DNA from: a virus
Taxonomy: Duplodnaviria > Caudoviricetes
DNA length: 64,000 nucleotides
IMG/VR virus record: IMGVR_UViG_3300032030_000067
Coordinates: 5,955 to 69,954 of that record
Reading direction: 5' to 3' (one strand)
Part shown: piece by piece, positions 29,728 through 38,969 of the stretch
How positions within the stretch are numbered: the stretch's first letter is position 1
Layout of the letters: every line of letters starts with the position of its first letter
Notes under the pieces: generated by a model
The model's database searches: none
The model's input: the letters and a program-made list of their open reading frames with translations, nothing else
What the model was told of the DNA's origin: nothing
Program-made: the position numbers and the translations under genes

Positions 29728-30260
29728 AATATATCCATTAGTGAGTTAGAGTTGCTTGCTGCATTAGGTTTGTTCTTCAGCATTTCAAGATAGGTTATAA
29801 TCTCATAGCCGTTATCCCTGTCCCAAAGGAACTTGTGCGACTTTTTGCAATATTGTTCCTTGCCCTGCCTTTTAAGGCTTGCAAGATAAATGTCAGTTGC
29901 TTTAAGCACATCGTCAGTTGACACATCCTTATACTCCTGCTGTAATTTTGAATAGTTCTTTATTACAGACTGCTTGTCACCCCTTCTTTCAGGATTGACT
30001 TTGGCGAACTTGTCCATATATTCCTTAACCCATGCGTCACTTGTAGAAGTTCCGAACAAAGGCACTGTAAGGAAATATTTTTTCTCTTGGAAATCATATC
30101 GTATGAAATTCAGTTGTGACAAAGTTTTAATCATGGAATCATTGAATATCTGATTGTTATATTCAATATTGTAGTAGAGAATAAGGAGTACGGTAAGTGC
30201 TTCGTTCCTGTTGATTCCATAATCATCAAGAACGTCAGTCAGTTCTTTATTGAATTCCAT
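29724..30260 (-). CDS. Hypothetical protein, possible replication initiator or helicase loader
   Basis: 178 aa, translationally coupled upstream of the helicase; function inferred from position only. Confidence 0.5.
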   Translation of the reverse strand: MEFNKELTDVLDDYGINRNEALTVLLILYYNIEYNNQIFNDSMIKTLSQLNFIRYDFQEKKYFLTVPLFGTSTSDAWVKEYMDKFAKVNPERRGDKQSVIKNYSKLQQEYKDVSTDDVLKATDIYLASLKRQGKEQYCKKSHKFLWDRDNGYEIITYLEMLKNKPNAASNSNSLMDIL

Positions 30261-30264
30261 AACT

Positions 30265-30720
30265 TTATCTGCTAATGATGTGACAATAGTTGTTTATTAC
30301 CACTCCAACTTTGGAAGTGACTTTCAGTTTGTTTCTCACTGCGGAAATAAGTCCGTTAGTGGTGTATTCCTTTCTCTTTGACTTGAAATTGTCATACAGG
30401 ATGTCTCTTTTGGGATAGTTGACAATCAGATACCTGTCCTCAATCTTCTCGCTGTATTCGTCAATATATGCGAAAATGTCATTTGCGGTTCTGTTGGGTA
30501 CGACAATTGTCTTTTCCCAATGCCAGAACAGAAATCCTCTCTGTACGGTTTTTTCAACCATTCTTGGAATAGGTTTCTTATTAAGCAGGTCAAACAGTTT
30601 CTCGCCTTTGAAAGGCTCGTTTCTGTACTCGTAGGGTGAAGTGCCTGACAAATCAATTACGCAGGCTTGCATTGGCTCTTTTTGAGCGGCCATCATCTCT
30701 TTGAAACTTTCTAATTTCAT
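30265..30720 (-). CDS. Hypothetical protein
   Basis: 151-aa ORF in operon. Confidence 0.65.
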   Translation of the reverse strand: MKLESFKEMMAAQKEPMQACVIDLSGTSPYEYRNEPFKGEKLFDLLNKKPIPRMVEKTVQRGFLFWHWEKTIVVPNRTANDIFAYIDEYSEKIEDRYLIVNYPKRDILYDNFKSKRKEYTTNGLISAVRNKLKVTSKVGVVINNYCHIISR

Positions 30721-30731
30721 GCTTTTAGGTT

Positions 30732-31055
30732 TTAAAATGGTAAATACTCGGAGAACTCCTTCTCAACCAGTTTGGCTATACGGTCAATCATGTCAACCCT
30801 CAACAGACCTTTCGCTCTTTGGGGTTCCTTCTCTTGCAGTTGCTTCAAAACTTCCTTTCCTTTGTCGGTAGTTGTGAGCTTAACATATTGTTCTTCAGTT
30901 ACATTGATTGAGTTTAGGAGTGCTTCTTTTGCGTCTGCTAATTTACGAATTATTTTGTTATGATAATCCTCTAAATACAAATTATTGTGGTCCATAATTG
31001 TTTTTTTGGGAAAAGTCCGCCCAACAAGTATCAGACGGACTTTATATTGTCCCAT
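30732..31055 (-). CDS. Hypothetical protein
   Basis: 107-aa ORF ending YLPF. Confidence 0.6.
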   Translation of the reverse strand: MGQYKVRLILVGRTFPKKTIMDHNNLYLEDYHNKIIRKLADAKEALLNSINVTEEQYVKLTTTDKGKEVLKQLQEKEPQRAKGLLRVDMIDRIAKLVEKEFSEYLPF

Positions 31056-31057
31056 AA

Positions 31058-31918
31058 TTATCCTATTATTTGATGTACATAATTGTTTAATGCGATGTGC
31101 TGTTCAAGCATATTGGGAATTTGCATCTTGTCAGGCTTGTATAAGTTGGTCACAACATTATACAAGTCCCACATTGAAATCTCGTCCTTTTCTGTCTGCT
31201 TGATAAGCATGTCTTCCGCAAAGTCTGAAATCTGTGAAATGTTCAACGGATACATATCATTGATATGGATTTCCTTGTTTCTGCTGTACTTTGCCACAGC
31301 AAGAGTCATAAAGCTACCTATAGTTGCCAAAACTTGCTGAGGTGTCAGAATATAGTCCTTCATGCGTTCGATATATCTTTGGTCTTCAACAATGGTTTGT
31401 GTAAGACCTTGCATATACTCGTCAAACTTCCTTACAATATCAAACACATTAGTTCCTCTCTCTGTCGAAAGTACACGTTCTGGTCTTAAGATACACTGGT
31501 TATGGCAGATTTTCACCATAGGACCGTATGCAATCTGAATTGCGTCTTGGTGAAATGCCACAACAACATTGGTCGTAAGTTCGTCATTGTCAAAGTCACC
31601 AACATTGATGTCTGCATAAACTCGTCTAAGAACATGTGCTTCCACGGATTTCTCTCCGTACTTGTTCTCAATTTCAGGGTTGATTACAACACCGGGATTG
31701 CGTTTGTCCCGATTCTGTGCTGCGAAGATTTCGTTAATCTGGTGCTGGTAGTTGTACTTTTCGAGAATCTCATTCACTGCATCAATCACTTCATAATGGT
31801 ACATGCCACGAAGAGGTTTGCCAAGAACATCATTTTCCTTGTATGTTCTTTTCAAGGTGTCAATGTCCATTGTGATTGTTGAATTGTTCTCAAAATCAAA
31901 TGCTTTTACTTGTTCCAT
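31058..31918 (-). CDS. DUF932-like protein
   Basis: 286 aa; VKICHNQCI and C-terminal WDLYNVVT motifs. Confidence 0.6.
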   Translation of the reverse strand: MEQVKAFDFENNSTITMDIDTLKRTYKENDVLGKPLRGMYHYEVIDAVNEILEKYNYQHQINEIFAAQNRDKRNPGVVINPEIENKYGEKSVEAHVLRRVYADINVGDFDNDELTTNVVVAFHQDAIQIAYGPMVKICHNQCILRPERVLSTERGTNVFDIVRKFDEYMQGLTQTIVEDQRYIERMKDYILTPQQVLATIGSFMTLAVAKYSRNKEIHINDMYPLNISQISDFAEDMLIKQTEKDEISMWDLYNVVTNLYKPDKMQIPNMLEQHIALNNYVHQIIG

Positions 31919-31938
31919 AATTGCTTAAATTTAAATGT

Positions 31939-32130
31939 TTATAAATCCTGTTTCTTAGGTTTGAAAATGATGTCAAGATAAGTTCCCGATATGTTGGTTT
32001 CAATTTGAGGCTCTGCTATTATATCTTGCAATTCGTTTTGCTGCGAATCAAGATTTATGATGAAACTAACTTCTGCATTATCGGGATAGAAATCCAAATT
32101 CAGAAAATATTTCAATTCTTTTACTGTCAT
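31939..32130 (-). CDS. Hypothetical protein
   Basis: MTVKELK-type small phage ORF. Confidence 0.55.
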   Translation of the reverse strand: MTVKELKYFLNLDFYPDNAEVSFIINLDSQQNELQDIIAEPQIETNISGTYLDIIFKPKKQDL

Positions 32131-32138
32131 TTTTTAAT

Positions 32139-32396
32139 TTACATTAGGTCGTCATAAAATATTTCAAATCCTGTTTTTACTCTGTCATTATATCCTTCAG
32201 AATTCAGTTTGTCGTAAGTATCTTTTATGAAATTCTCCCATTGCTTGTCCTTCCATTTAGCCATCTTCATAATATGTTTAAACTCATCACAGCTATCAGA
32301 AAGTGTTTTATTGCAACATTCTCGTGCTGTGCAAATATTACAATGACAAATTTGTTTTGCTCTTTCTTTGTTTGTCATAACTTTTTTTTCTTTCAT
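32139..32396 (-). CDS. Small Cys-rich protein, MAxWKD paralog family
   Basis: MTNKERAKQIC...MAKWKDKQ. Confidence 0.6.
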   Translation of the reverse strand: MKEKKVMTNKERAKQICHCNICTARECCNKTLSDSCDEFKHIMKMAKWKDKQWENFIKDTYDKLNSEGYNDRVKTGFEIFYDDLM

Positions 32397-32629
32397 ATCC
32401 CTAATTTTTTAATAAAATCCTTCAACTTTCTCACAAGCAGCTGGCAATGTTCTTGATCTGCCATCTCTATTGCTTCACAGAGATAGCCTTTTAATTCTCT
32501 ATCCTTAAATTCTGCTATCTCCATAATATCTTTGAATGTGGCACAATCCTTATGACAGTTTATATCCCTATGTACATAGTTACAAGTGTATGTACAAATC
32601 TTTTTTGCTACTTCTTCGTTATTTGTCAT
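32393..32629 (-). CDS. Small Cys-rich protein, MAxWKD paralog family
   Basis: MTNNEEVAKKIC...IAEFKDRE. Confidence 0.6.
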   Translation of the reverse strand: MTNNEEVAKKICTYTCNYVHRDINCHKDCATFKDIMEIAEFKDRELKGYLCEAIEMADQEHCQLLVRKLKDFIKKLGI

Positions 32630-32631
32630 AG

Positions 32632-32991
32632 TTAAATAATATCTAAATAAATATATTCGGGATTAGAGAAATTCTGCGGTACATGTTCTGGAATATAAAG
32701 CATTTCCTCAAGAATCCTTATGATATCCTTGGTTGTGCAATCCTTGAATATCTTTTCATCAGGCTTGAATCTGTCAGAAAGCTCGTTTATAATCTTGTAA
32801 ACTGTATCGCGAGAAATTTCAATCTCCTTGTAGTATTCTCCATATTCGTCCTTGAAATGTTCATAATCAAGCTCGTCAGGACACATTTCATAGAGCATAT
32901 CCAAAAAAGCATAAACATCCATATTGAAGAACAGATGATGAATGCTATACTCTATAATGGATTTACTCCTCTGTTTCAGTACTATACCCAT
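32632..32991 (-). CDS. Hypothetical protein
   Basis: 119-aa ORF in operon. Confidence 0.6.
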   Translation of the reverse strand: MGIVLKQRSKSIIEYSIHHLFFNMDVYAFLDMLYEMCPDELDYEHFKDEYGEYYKEIEISRDTVYKIINELSDRFKPDEKIFKDCTTKDIIRILEEMLYIPEHVPQNFSNPEYIYLDII

Positions 32992-33472
32992 TTTTGTATT
33001 GTCTTAAATGTTCAACAAATAATTCTCTCAAATTGTCACAGAGCTTGTCAAAGTCCTGTAACATATTAACTTCGTCTTTTAGCATATCTCTTGACCAATC
33101 TTCATAGTAATAAGGATCGTCAGAGTTGTAGGTTTTTCCCGGATATACATTGCCGTCTGGTTCAACAAAACAAAGCACAAGATAACCGTCATTTTTTCCG
33201 TTTTGCATTACATCGACATTGTATTTGTCTTGAAATTCGTCTATATACTTTTCACTTGCATCATACCAGAAATCAGGCATTGCAAACTCTTCTTCATAGA
33301 ATTTCCAAATAATGTCTTTCACATCTTCAGGTATGTCGAGGTTGTGTATTTTCACATTATTGGCATAGGAAGTTGTTCCATTCCATGAATTCATGGTGTA
33401 ATAGCGGAAATGCGATGTCAGAAATTCAATCATTTCCGATTTGCTGTTGTGATTAACTTTCTTGTAATACAT
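32963..33472 (-). CDS. Hypothetical phage protein
   Basis: 169 aa, acidic; HFRYYTMNSWN..SYANNVKI motif. Confidence 0.7.
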   Translation of the reverse strand: MYYKKVNHNSKSEMIEFLTSHFRYYTMNSWNGTTSYANNVKIHNLDIPEDVKDIIWKFYEEEFAMPDFWYDASEKYIDEFQDKYNVDVMQNGKNDGYLVLCFVEPDGNVYPGKTYNSDDPYYYEDWSRDMLKDEVNMLQDFDKLCDNLRELFVEHLRQYKNGYSTETEE

Positions 33473-33635
33473 TTTTCTTATAAATTACTCCTTCTTGCAA
33501 AAGCATTATTTGTTGAATTTCATTTATATTATAATAGATACCATATACTCTAACTGCTTCGCAAATATCTTTTGCGATGATTATTTTTCCATCAATATTA
33601 TAAATATTTATAGTTATTATATCTTCGCTTTTCAT
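33453..33635 (-). CDS. Hypothetical protein
   Basis: 60-aa ORF in operon. Confidence 0.45.
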   Translation of the reverse strand: MKSEDIITINIYNIDGKIIIAKDICEAVRVYGIYYNINEIQQIMLLQEGVIYKKNVLQES

Positions 33636-33639
33636 AAGA

Positions 33640-33807
33640 TTAATAGTTTAGGGTTTCATCTTCATCATAATCGTCTGTTTCATCATCCTCGTCATTCCAA
33701 ATTGAGTCACAAACCATCCAGTTGCCGTTAAAATCATCCACACCGCAGGCAGAGAGACCTTCCCTCTGCCATTGGTTAAAGGATTTGTCATTATCATAGT
33801 AATCCAT
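33640..33807 (-). CDS. Small acidic hypothetical protein (not in ORF track)
   Basis: 55-aa ORF MDYYDNDK...DEDDETDDYDEDETLNY filling the operon gap. Confidence 0.5.
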   Translation of the reverse strand: MDYYDNDKSFNQWQREGLSACGVDDFNGNWMVCDSIWNDEDDETDDYDEDETLNY

Positions 33808-34067
33808 TATTTTTCTTCTTTATAAGCGTTTTCAAATCTTTCCAGTAATTTTTCTTTTGTGGTGATAAGATAAACTTCGCCGTTACAATTGAAGAACAGC
33901 ATAATTTCTTCGTTCTTCTTAACGTTTCTTATAATTTCATCAATTTCATCTCTTACAGAACTATGACAACTTTGTGTCATATAGGATAAGTACATTTGCA
34001 TATTGAGTAAGACCATATTTGTCGTTGAACATTATTTTTTTCATTGTTACTTCTCCTGATTACTACT

Positions 34068-34640
34068 TTAATTGTTTAAAAAGAAAGATTTAACTCTCAA
34101 TATACTATTGACATATAACCAATTAAAACGCAACTTCCACCTGTATTTGATTCTCTTTAATACTCGTTTAATATCATCCAGCAAATCTTCTCTGTAACAT
34201 TGTCGAGACCACTTATCAAATCTGACACTTCTTACGGCATATTTGAAAGCCTCTTGGTATGTTCCAAAACTTGTATTTTCATACATCAATTCTCCTGTTG
34301 TGGTTGTGTTAGGCCAACCAATCTCCTTGCATAACTCCTCTCTTATTTTTCCATCATCATAGATATAGACTGGTTTTGTGTACTCTGAAAAATCATCTTC
34401 TTGTTTGACAATGCGTTTGAGTTTTTCCGGATCATTGTCAAACTCCTTCATATACCTTTTGATATTGTCATTTGATCTGCCGTCATCACGCCTAACTAAG
34501 TAACCATCCATATCAATGACAATAATGTCGTGAATGTATGGCGAACCAATACAGATAACCTTTCCACCATACTTTTTCTCATTGTAAACAGCAACAATGT
34601 GTTCAATTTTGTATTCTTTTTGTAATGCTAAAAAGCCCAT
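34068..34640 (-). CDS. Hypothetical protein
   Basis: 190-aa ORF; CIGSPYIHDII and GWPNTT motifs. Confidence 0.7.
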   Translation of the reverse strand: MGFLALQKEYKIEHIVAVYNEKKYGGKVICIGSPYIHDIIVIDMDGYLVRRDDGRSNDNIKRYMKEFDNDPEKLKRIVKQEDDFSEYTKPVYIYDDGKIREELCKEIGWPNTTTTGELMYENTSFGTYQEAFKYAVRSVRFDKWSRQCYREDLLDDIKRVLKRIKYRWKLRFNWLYVNSILRVKSFFLNN

Positions 34641-34659
34641 AATTTATTTCTCCGTACTT

Positions 34660-35079
34660 TTAATTAAAATTATACATTCCTTCGGGTGCTTCTAGAGCAA
34701 GACCTTTTTCAATCAGACCTCTGTAATCAAAATGGTGCTGATTAAGCCAATCTATAAACTCTTGTACTTCGTCAATATCAACAGAATAACCAATCTCAAT
34801 ACTAAATCTGTTTTTATCAAAAATATCAGCGAAATCCCAACAAAATCTTTCTTCTAAATCTTTATATTCCTCCTCTGTCATACTTGACATTGGACGGAGA
34901 TAGGGTAATATTTCAATCCTATCAAATCTAAAGGCATCTATATGGTCAATCCATAGATTGGTGTCAAGTTCCCCGTCCTGAAACCCCTCATATCCTTGAT
35001 TGAAGACTTGTATTCTCGGATAATACGGTTCTCTTGCACAAAGGTCTATCAGTAATAGTCTCTTTTCTTCTTGTGTCAT
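34660..35079 (-). CDS. Hypothetical protein, paralog of 35721-36086
   Basis: DLCAR.PY...PYLRPMSSMTEEE...DWLN..HFDYRGLI..GLAL.APEGMY. Confidence 0.75.
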   Translation of the reverse strand: MTQEEKRLLLIDLCAREPYYPRIQVFNQGYEGFQDGELDTNLWIDHIDAFRFDRIEILPYLRPMSSMTEEEYKDLEERFCWDFADIFDKNRFSIEIGYSVDIDEVQEFIDWLNQHHFDYRGLIEKGLALEAPEGMYNFN

Positions 35080-35086
35080 ATCTAAA

Positions 35087-35467
35087 TCAAATTAAATTTG
35101 TTAAACAATATTTAATATCCGCTTCACAGGCTTGTTCATATGTCTTTGATGTTTCATTGGTGTATTTTTCATATCCAAAAAGGTTAAATGATTTATAGAC
35201 TTGGCAGCACCAATGTGTCGCTCTTTCTTCTTTATTAGCTCTCCATGGATAAGCGATAATGTGTAAATCATATATTTCCCTCAACCACTTCATAGCCATT
35301 TGAAGAGTAGGTCTGCTGTAACGGTTTTCTACTTCATTATGGTTAAATTTTAACTGAGTATATGCAACAGAACCAGTTTTTGTATAATACATATCACATC
35401 CCAAATCAAACCCCTTCTTTTTCAGTAGTTTTGATATTTTAAAACTTACATAGTCTTCTGTAATCAT
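35087..35467 (-). CDS. Hypothetical phage protein
   Basis: EDYVSF..SKLLK.KGFD...PTLQMAMKWLRE motif. Confidence 0.7.
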   Translation of the reverse strand: MITEDYVSFKISKLLKKKGFDLGCDMYYTKTGSVAYTQLKFNHNEVENRYSRPTLQMAMKWLREIYDLHIIAYPWRANKEERATHWCCQVYKSFNLFGYEKYTNETSKTYEQACEADIKYCLTNLI

Positions 35468-35492
35468 ATTTTAATCTCTTTTTATTATGTTT

Positions 35493-35678
35493 TTAATAAT
35501 TTCTTGCATCATCATTTAAGCAGGACTCATGGAAAATAGTAACTGTTCCATCAGTATTTTGCAACATTTGTATGAATACATTGGATAATACCCAACCATT
35601 TTCAATCCATTGGTTGAGAATATTTTCAACGTCACTGGGACGGCATTTAGTTTGTATGATTTTTATCTTGTCTTTCAT
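35493..35678 (-). CDS. Hypothetical protein
   Basis: 61-aa ORF. Confidence 0.5.
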   Translation of the reverse strand: MKDKIKIIQTKCRPSDVENILNQWIENGWVLSNVFIQMLQNTDGTVTIFHESCLNDDARNY

Positions 35679-35720
35679 AGTATGATGTTTTATTATCTTG
35701 ACTTTTTGTAGATTGTTTTC

Positions 35721-36086
35721 TTAATCATTATACATTCCTTCAGGAGCTGGGAGTGCAAGTCCCATTGGGATTAAACCCCGGAAGTCAAAGCGATTAGCAT
35801 TAAGCCAATCAAACATTTTACTTTCATTGTCTAATGTCAACATATCCGTAATTACTATAGGGCATATTTTAACGCAATGAAATTGAACAAATTCTTTTTG
35901 TTCTTCCTCCGTCATACTCTCCATTGGGCGGAGGTATGGTTTGCAATCATTAATGTACGGATGATAATTGGCTGTATATATAACAGGTCCATCATCCAAT
36001 TTGTTTCTTCCGTCTTCGACAAAAACTCCATAAGGCAACCTCGCACAGAGGTCTTGTAATAAAAGTTCTTTTTCTTCTTTATTCAT
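35721..36086 (-). CDS. Hypothetical protein, paralog of 34660-35079
   Basis: Same motif set as 34660-35079; start set at MNKEEKE. Confidence 0.75.
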   Translation of the reverse strand: MNKEEKELLLQDLCARLPYGVFVEDGRNKLDDGPVIYTANYHPYINDCKPYLRPMESMTEEEQKEFVQFHCVKICPIVITDMLTLDNESKMFDWLNANRFDFRGLIPMGLALPAPEGMYND

Positions 36087-36090
36087 AATC

Positions 36091-36360
36091 TTATCTTTTA
36101 ATTGTATCATACAAGCCATCTTTATTTCTCTTTTCTAACATTACGCCTATTGAACCATAATATTTATATGACCATTTATCTAATAGGTAATATAGAATAT
36201 ATGCTAATATTTTACTATTTGTTGCAATCTGACCATCTAAAGGTATTGCAGCAGATGATATATATTCAAACTTTCTTGAAACAATTATATATTTTCTTTC
36301 TTGTAATTTTGGCATTTCAAGACCTAAATATAAATTCTTGTATTTTTTTTCTTGTGTCAT
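36091..36360 (-). CDS. Hypothetical protein
   Basis: 89-aa ORF. Confidence 0.5.
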   Translation of the reverse strand: MTQEKKYKNLYLGLEMPKLQERKYIIVSRKFEYISSAAIPLDGQIATNSKILAYILYYLLDKWSYKYYGSIGVMLEKRNKDGLYDTIKR

Positions 36361-36372
36361 AATTATTTGGTT

Positions 36373-36642
36373 TTATCTAATTTTTATAGTATCTCCAACT
36401 TGATATAGTGTGTCTGTATAGATATAACAGCTTGCCTTAAAACGAGTGTTAAATTCTTGACCTACAGTAACACGATATTTTTTATTTTTGCCATAAACAA
36501 ATTCAGAGCTTTTTACTTCTACACTTGTAACTATACCAAAATCATTGACGTGTTGTCTAAAACAACAGCAACACATTATTATCAATGTTATTGCGATACA
36601 AACTGTAACAAAAAATTCTTTTACCTTTTCTTTATCTTTCAT
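36373..36642 (-). CDS. Small membrane-anchored protein
   Basis: N-terminal hydrophobic helix followed by a Cys cluster; ends YQVGDTIKI. Confidence 0.6.
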   Translation of the reverse strand: MKDKEKVKEFFVTVCIAITLIIMCCCCFRQHVNDFGIVTSVEVKSSEFVYGKNKKYRVTVGQEFNTRFKASCYIYTDTLYQVGDTIKIR

Positions 36643-36662
36643 AGTTTTAATTTATTCTTCTT

Positions 36663-36911
36663 TTAATATTTCGCTATAGGCTTCATTGCCCAAGTCGCGT
36701 CCCATGCGGGCGCGTGGATTGAAACGTTACCTTCACTGTCAAACAGACCTGTGAACTGGCAGACGGTTTCAGGGTCAACACAATACACGTTGTAGCTGTG
36801 AGGCACCTCTTCTGGAAAGATAAGGCACTCGTCTGTAACGCATAACAAGTTCCCAATTAACCATTCGCTAGTATGTTCTCTTTTACCTTTGAATTTTATT
36901 GCCCGTTTCAT
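36663..36911 (-). pseudogene. YopX-family gene truncated by a CRISPR repeat
   Basis: IKFKGK...W..GNL...VDPETVCQFTGLFD is typical of YopX. The expected G.EI.EGDI continuation is replaced by VSIHAPAWDAT, the translated repeat. Confidence 0.7.
36694..36725 (+). CRISPR. Solitary type I-C-like CRISPR repeat
   Basis: 32 nt GTCGCGTCCCATGCGGGCGCGTGGATTGAAAC with a 7-bp hairpin and an ATTGAAAC 3' handle; no second copy seen nearby. Confidence 0.85.
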
Positions 36912-37260
36912 TTTTTACAATTATTTCTGCATTATTTGAACGTATTGATTCAATTTCTTTTTTTGAGTCTCTATATTTCTGAACAGCCTCAATATAACTG
37001 CTTTCCACATTTTGTGTGTGTTTAGTTAAGCGATTGTTAATTAATTGTTGTGTTTCATCACATTGTAAATCAAACACTAGAATTAAAGAACGATCTTCCC
37101 ATATTTCTTTCTCTTTATCATAGGTAAAATTGAAATATTGTATTGCATCATTAGCAAGAATTTTATTGCTGCATGCTTCTGTAATTCTTAATTCAATAAT
37201 TCTACCATTTAAAGTTATCGCCCAAGCTGGACAAAATAAATTCTTTGGGTGTCTTTCCAT
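36883..37260 (-). CDS. Hypothetical protein
   Basis: Start set at MERHPK, after the upstream stop. Confidence 0.55.
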   Translation of the reverse strand: MERHPKNLFCPAWAITLNGRIIELRITEACSNKILANDAIQYFNFTYDKEKEIWEDRSLILVFDLQCDETQQLINNRLTKHTQNVESSYIEAVQKYRDSKKEIESIRSNNAEIIVKNETGNKIQR

Positions 37261-37264
37261 AGTC

Positions 37265-37516
37265 TTATTCCTCCATTGCCTTTTTAAATGCTTCAATATC
37301 TTTGTTTTTAAATGCAAAACAATAAAACGCACCATTAACTTTTACGTTATCATTAAGCCATTTACATGCTTTTTCAATCATCTGCTTATCCTTCCATTTA
37401 GCCATCTCAAGTGCGCCGTATTCAACACTATGGTAATCATGTGGAAAATCACTTAAAATCTGTGACTCTTCTGCAATTTGTTTTGCTTTTTCTTTATTTG
37501 ATATAATTTTATTCAT
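37265..37516 (-). CDS. Small protein, MAxWKD paralog family
   Basis: SNKEKAKQI...MAKWKDKQMIEKACKWL...FKKAMEE. Confidence 0.65.
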   Translation of the reverse strand: MNKIISNKEKAKQIAEESQILSDFPHDYHSVEYGALEMAKWKDKQMIEKACKWLNDNVKVNGAFYCFAFKNKDIEAFKKAMEE

Positions 37517-37712
37517 ATTTCAAAGTTATATTATTTCTTTCTGCGTAACTAACACATTCATCTTTACTTCCTTCAAAAATCCGAGTATTTGTTAACGCCT
37601 TAAAACCGTTATTAAAAGTTAAATAGTACCCGTAAGGAGTGTCCGCTATACAATATTTGCGTTCTGGATGTTGCGGTAAATTTAAATAACAAGGTCTTTG
37701 GTCAATATTCAT
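37509..37712 (-). CDS. Hypothetical protein
   Basis: 67-aa ORF. Confidence 0.55.
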   Translation of the reverse strand: MNIDQRPCYLNLPQHPERKYCIADTPYGYYLTFNNGFKALTNTRIFEGSKDECVSYAERNNITLKYE

Positions 37713-37714
37713 AA

Positions 37715-37936
37715 CTATTCCTCCATTGCTTTATGAAATTCTTTAATATCGAATTCCGTATAAAAATCATAATATTTAAAATAATCAGATAACCAAGCAT
37801 ATACTTTTTCAATAGCAAACTCAACACCTTTTTCAAATGCGAGTCGTTCTGCATATTGTGCCATTTCAGTTTGAAAAAATGGACCTTTGTCCCACAATTC
37901 ATGCTGACATTTAAATATTGCTTCTTCTTTTGTCAT
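37715..37936 (-). CDS. Small protein related to 37265-37516
   Basis: IEKVYAWL...FHKAMEE. Confidence 0.6.
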   Translation of the reverse strand: MTKEEAIFKCQHELWDKGPFFQTEMAQYAERLAFEKGVEFAIEKVYAWLSDYFKYYDFYTEFDIKEFHKAMEE

Positions 37937-37938
37937 AA

Positions 37939-38208
37939 TTATTCCTCCTTATTTATTTCCAAAAATGTATCAATCTGATGACCGAAATCACATTGCAAGC
38001 CATCGGCGAAAAAACCTCTTTTGTTCAACCACAATGTGTATTTCAGGAGGATGTCTCTGATTTGGTAGTCCTTCCATTCAGCCATCTCTTTTAGGTGTAT
38101 AAATTCTACACAACCTTCAGCAACGGATAAACTGCCACCACATTCATGGCAATCTTACCTGTTGCATCCTCCACCAATGATTTCTTGTGCTTTTTCTTCG
38201 TTTGTCAT
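37939..38208 (-). pseudogene. MAxWKD-family gene with in-frame TAA at codon 18
   Basis: MTNEEKAQEIIGGGCNR*DCHECGG...EMAEWKD...KEE*; internal stop at 38155-38157. Confidence 0.65.
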
Positions 38209-38420
38209 TTTTCAATTTTTATTAATGTTTCACAAACAATAACATTAGTTAAATGTTGACACGCAACTTTCTCAAGAGCAATCTTATAGTGTTCAAAGTC
38301 TTTTACTTCTTCTCTAAGATATTCTAATTTTTTTTCCGCATCTTCTTTATCATTATATATGCCTTCAGATTGCAAGCTATAACTAAGTTTTGGCTCATAA
38401 ACAACTACTCTGTAATTCAT
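38205..38420 (-). CDS. Hypothetical protein
   Basis: 71-aa coupled ORF. Confidence 0.55.
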   Translation of the reverse strand: MNYRVVVYEPKLSYSLQSEGIYNDKEDAEKKLEYLREEVKDFEHYKIALEKVACQHLTNVIVCETLIKIEK

Positions 38421-38599
38421 AACTTTATAAAATTATATTCCAAATTAAACCATGGATAACCAGATACCTCACTGCGTTCATTAAGAAATTCTTGAACACC
38501 TTCTATATCATTGTCAGAAAACACCTTTCTGTCAACTTTATAAAGAGGTCTGCCACCTCTTGAACTGTCAACGTTATAACTACGTTCTATTATTATCAT
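38417..38599 (-). CDS. Hypothetical protein
   Basis: 60-aa coupled ORF. Confidence 0.55.
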   Translation of the reverse strand: MIIIERSYNVDSSRGGRPLYKVDRKVFSDNDIEGVQEFLNERSEVSGYPWFNLEYNFIKL

Positions 38600-38778
38600 T
38601 TCTCTACAAATTTAAGTTTGTCAATGATTTTCATTTCTTTGATAACCTGTTCGATTGTAATATCACCACTATTATGATAGCGATACACTTTCGCACAATC
38701 GGCAATACTGTCTAACCAATAAGTAAGCTGACTGCGGTATTTACGATTGTACAAATCCATTTTTTCTATTCTTTTCAT
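38596..38778 (-). CDS. Hypothetical protein
   Basis: 60-aa coupled ORF. Confidence 0.55.
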   Translation of the reverse strand: MKRIEKMDLYNRKYRSQLTYWLDSIADCAKVYRYHNSGDITIEQVIKEMKIIDKLKFVEK

Positions 38779-38780
38779 AA

Positions 38781-38969
38781 CTATTCTTCTTTAATAAATT
38801 TACTGAACAGATTATAAAAGTTAGCATATGAATTGCACACTTTTATCTGTTCCAATCTTGTCAGTTCATTAAAATCTGCTTTTTTCTTGCCTATTTTGAA
38901 TTCACAACCCGCAAGATCATCTCCAATTGATATGATAACTTTTATATCTCTTACTTTTTCATTTTTCAT
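38781..38969 (-). CDS. Hypothetical protein
   Basis: 62-aa ORF. Confidence 0.55.
   Translation of the reverse strand: MKNEKVRDIKVIISIGDDLAGCEFKIGKKKADFNELTRLEQIKVCNSYANFYNLFSKFIKEE

Noticed and set aside
36640-36800. CRISPR mini-array or cas locus
   Set aside because: Only one repeat copy and no cas genes in the window
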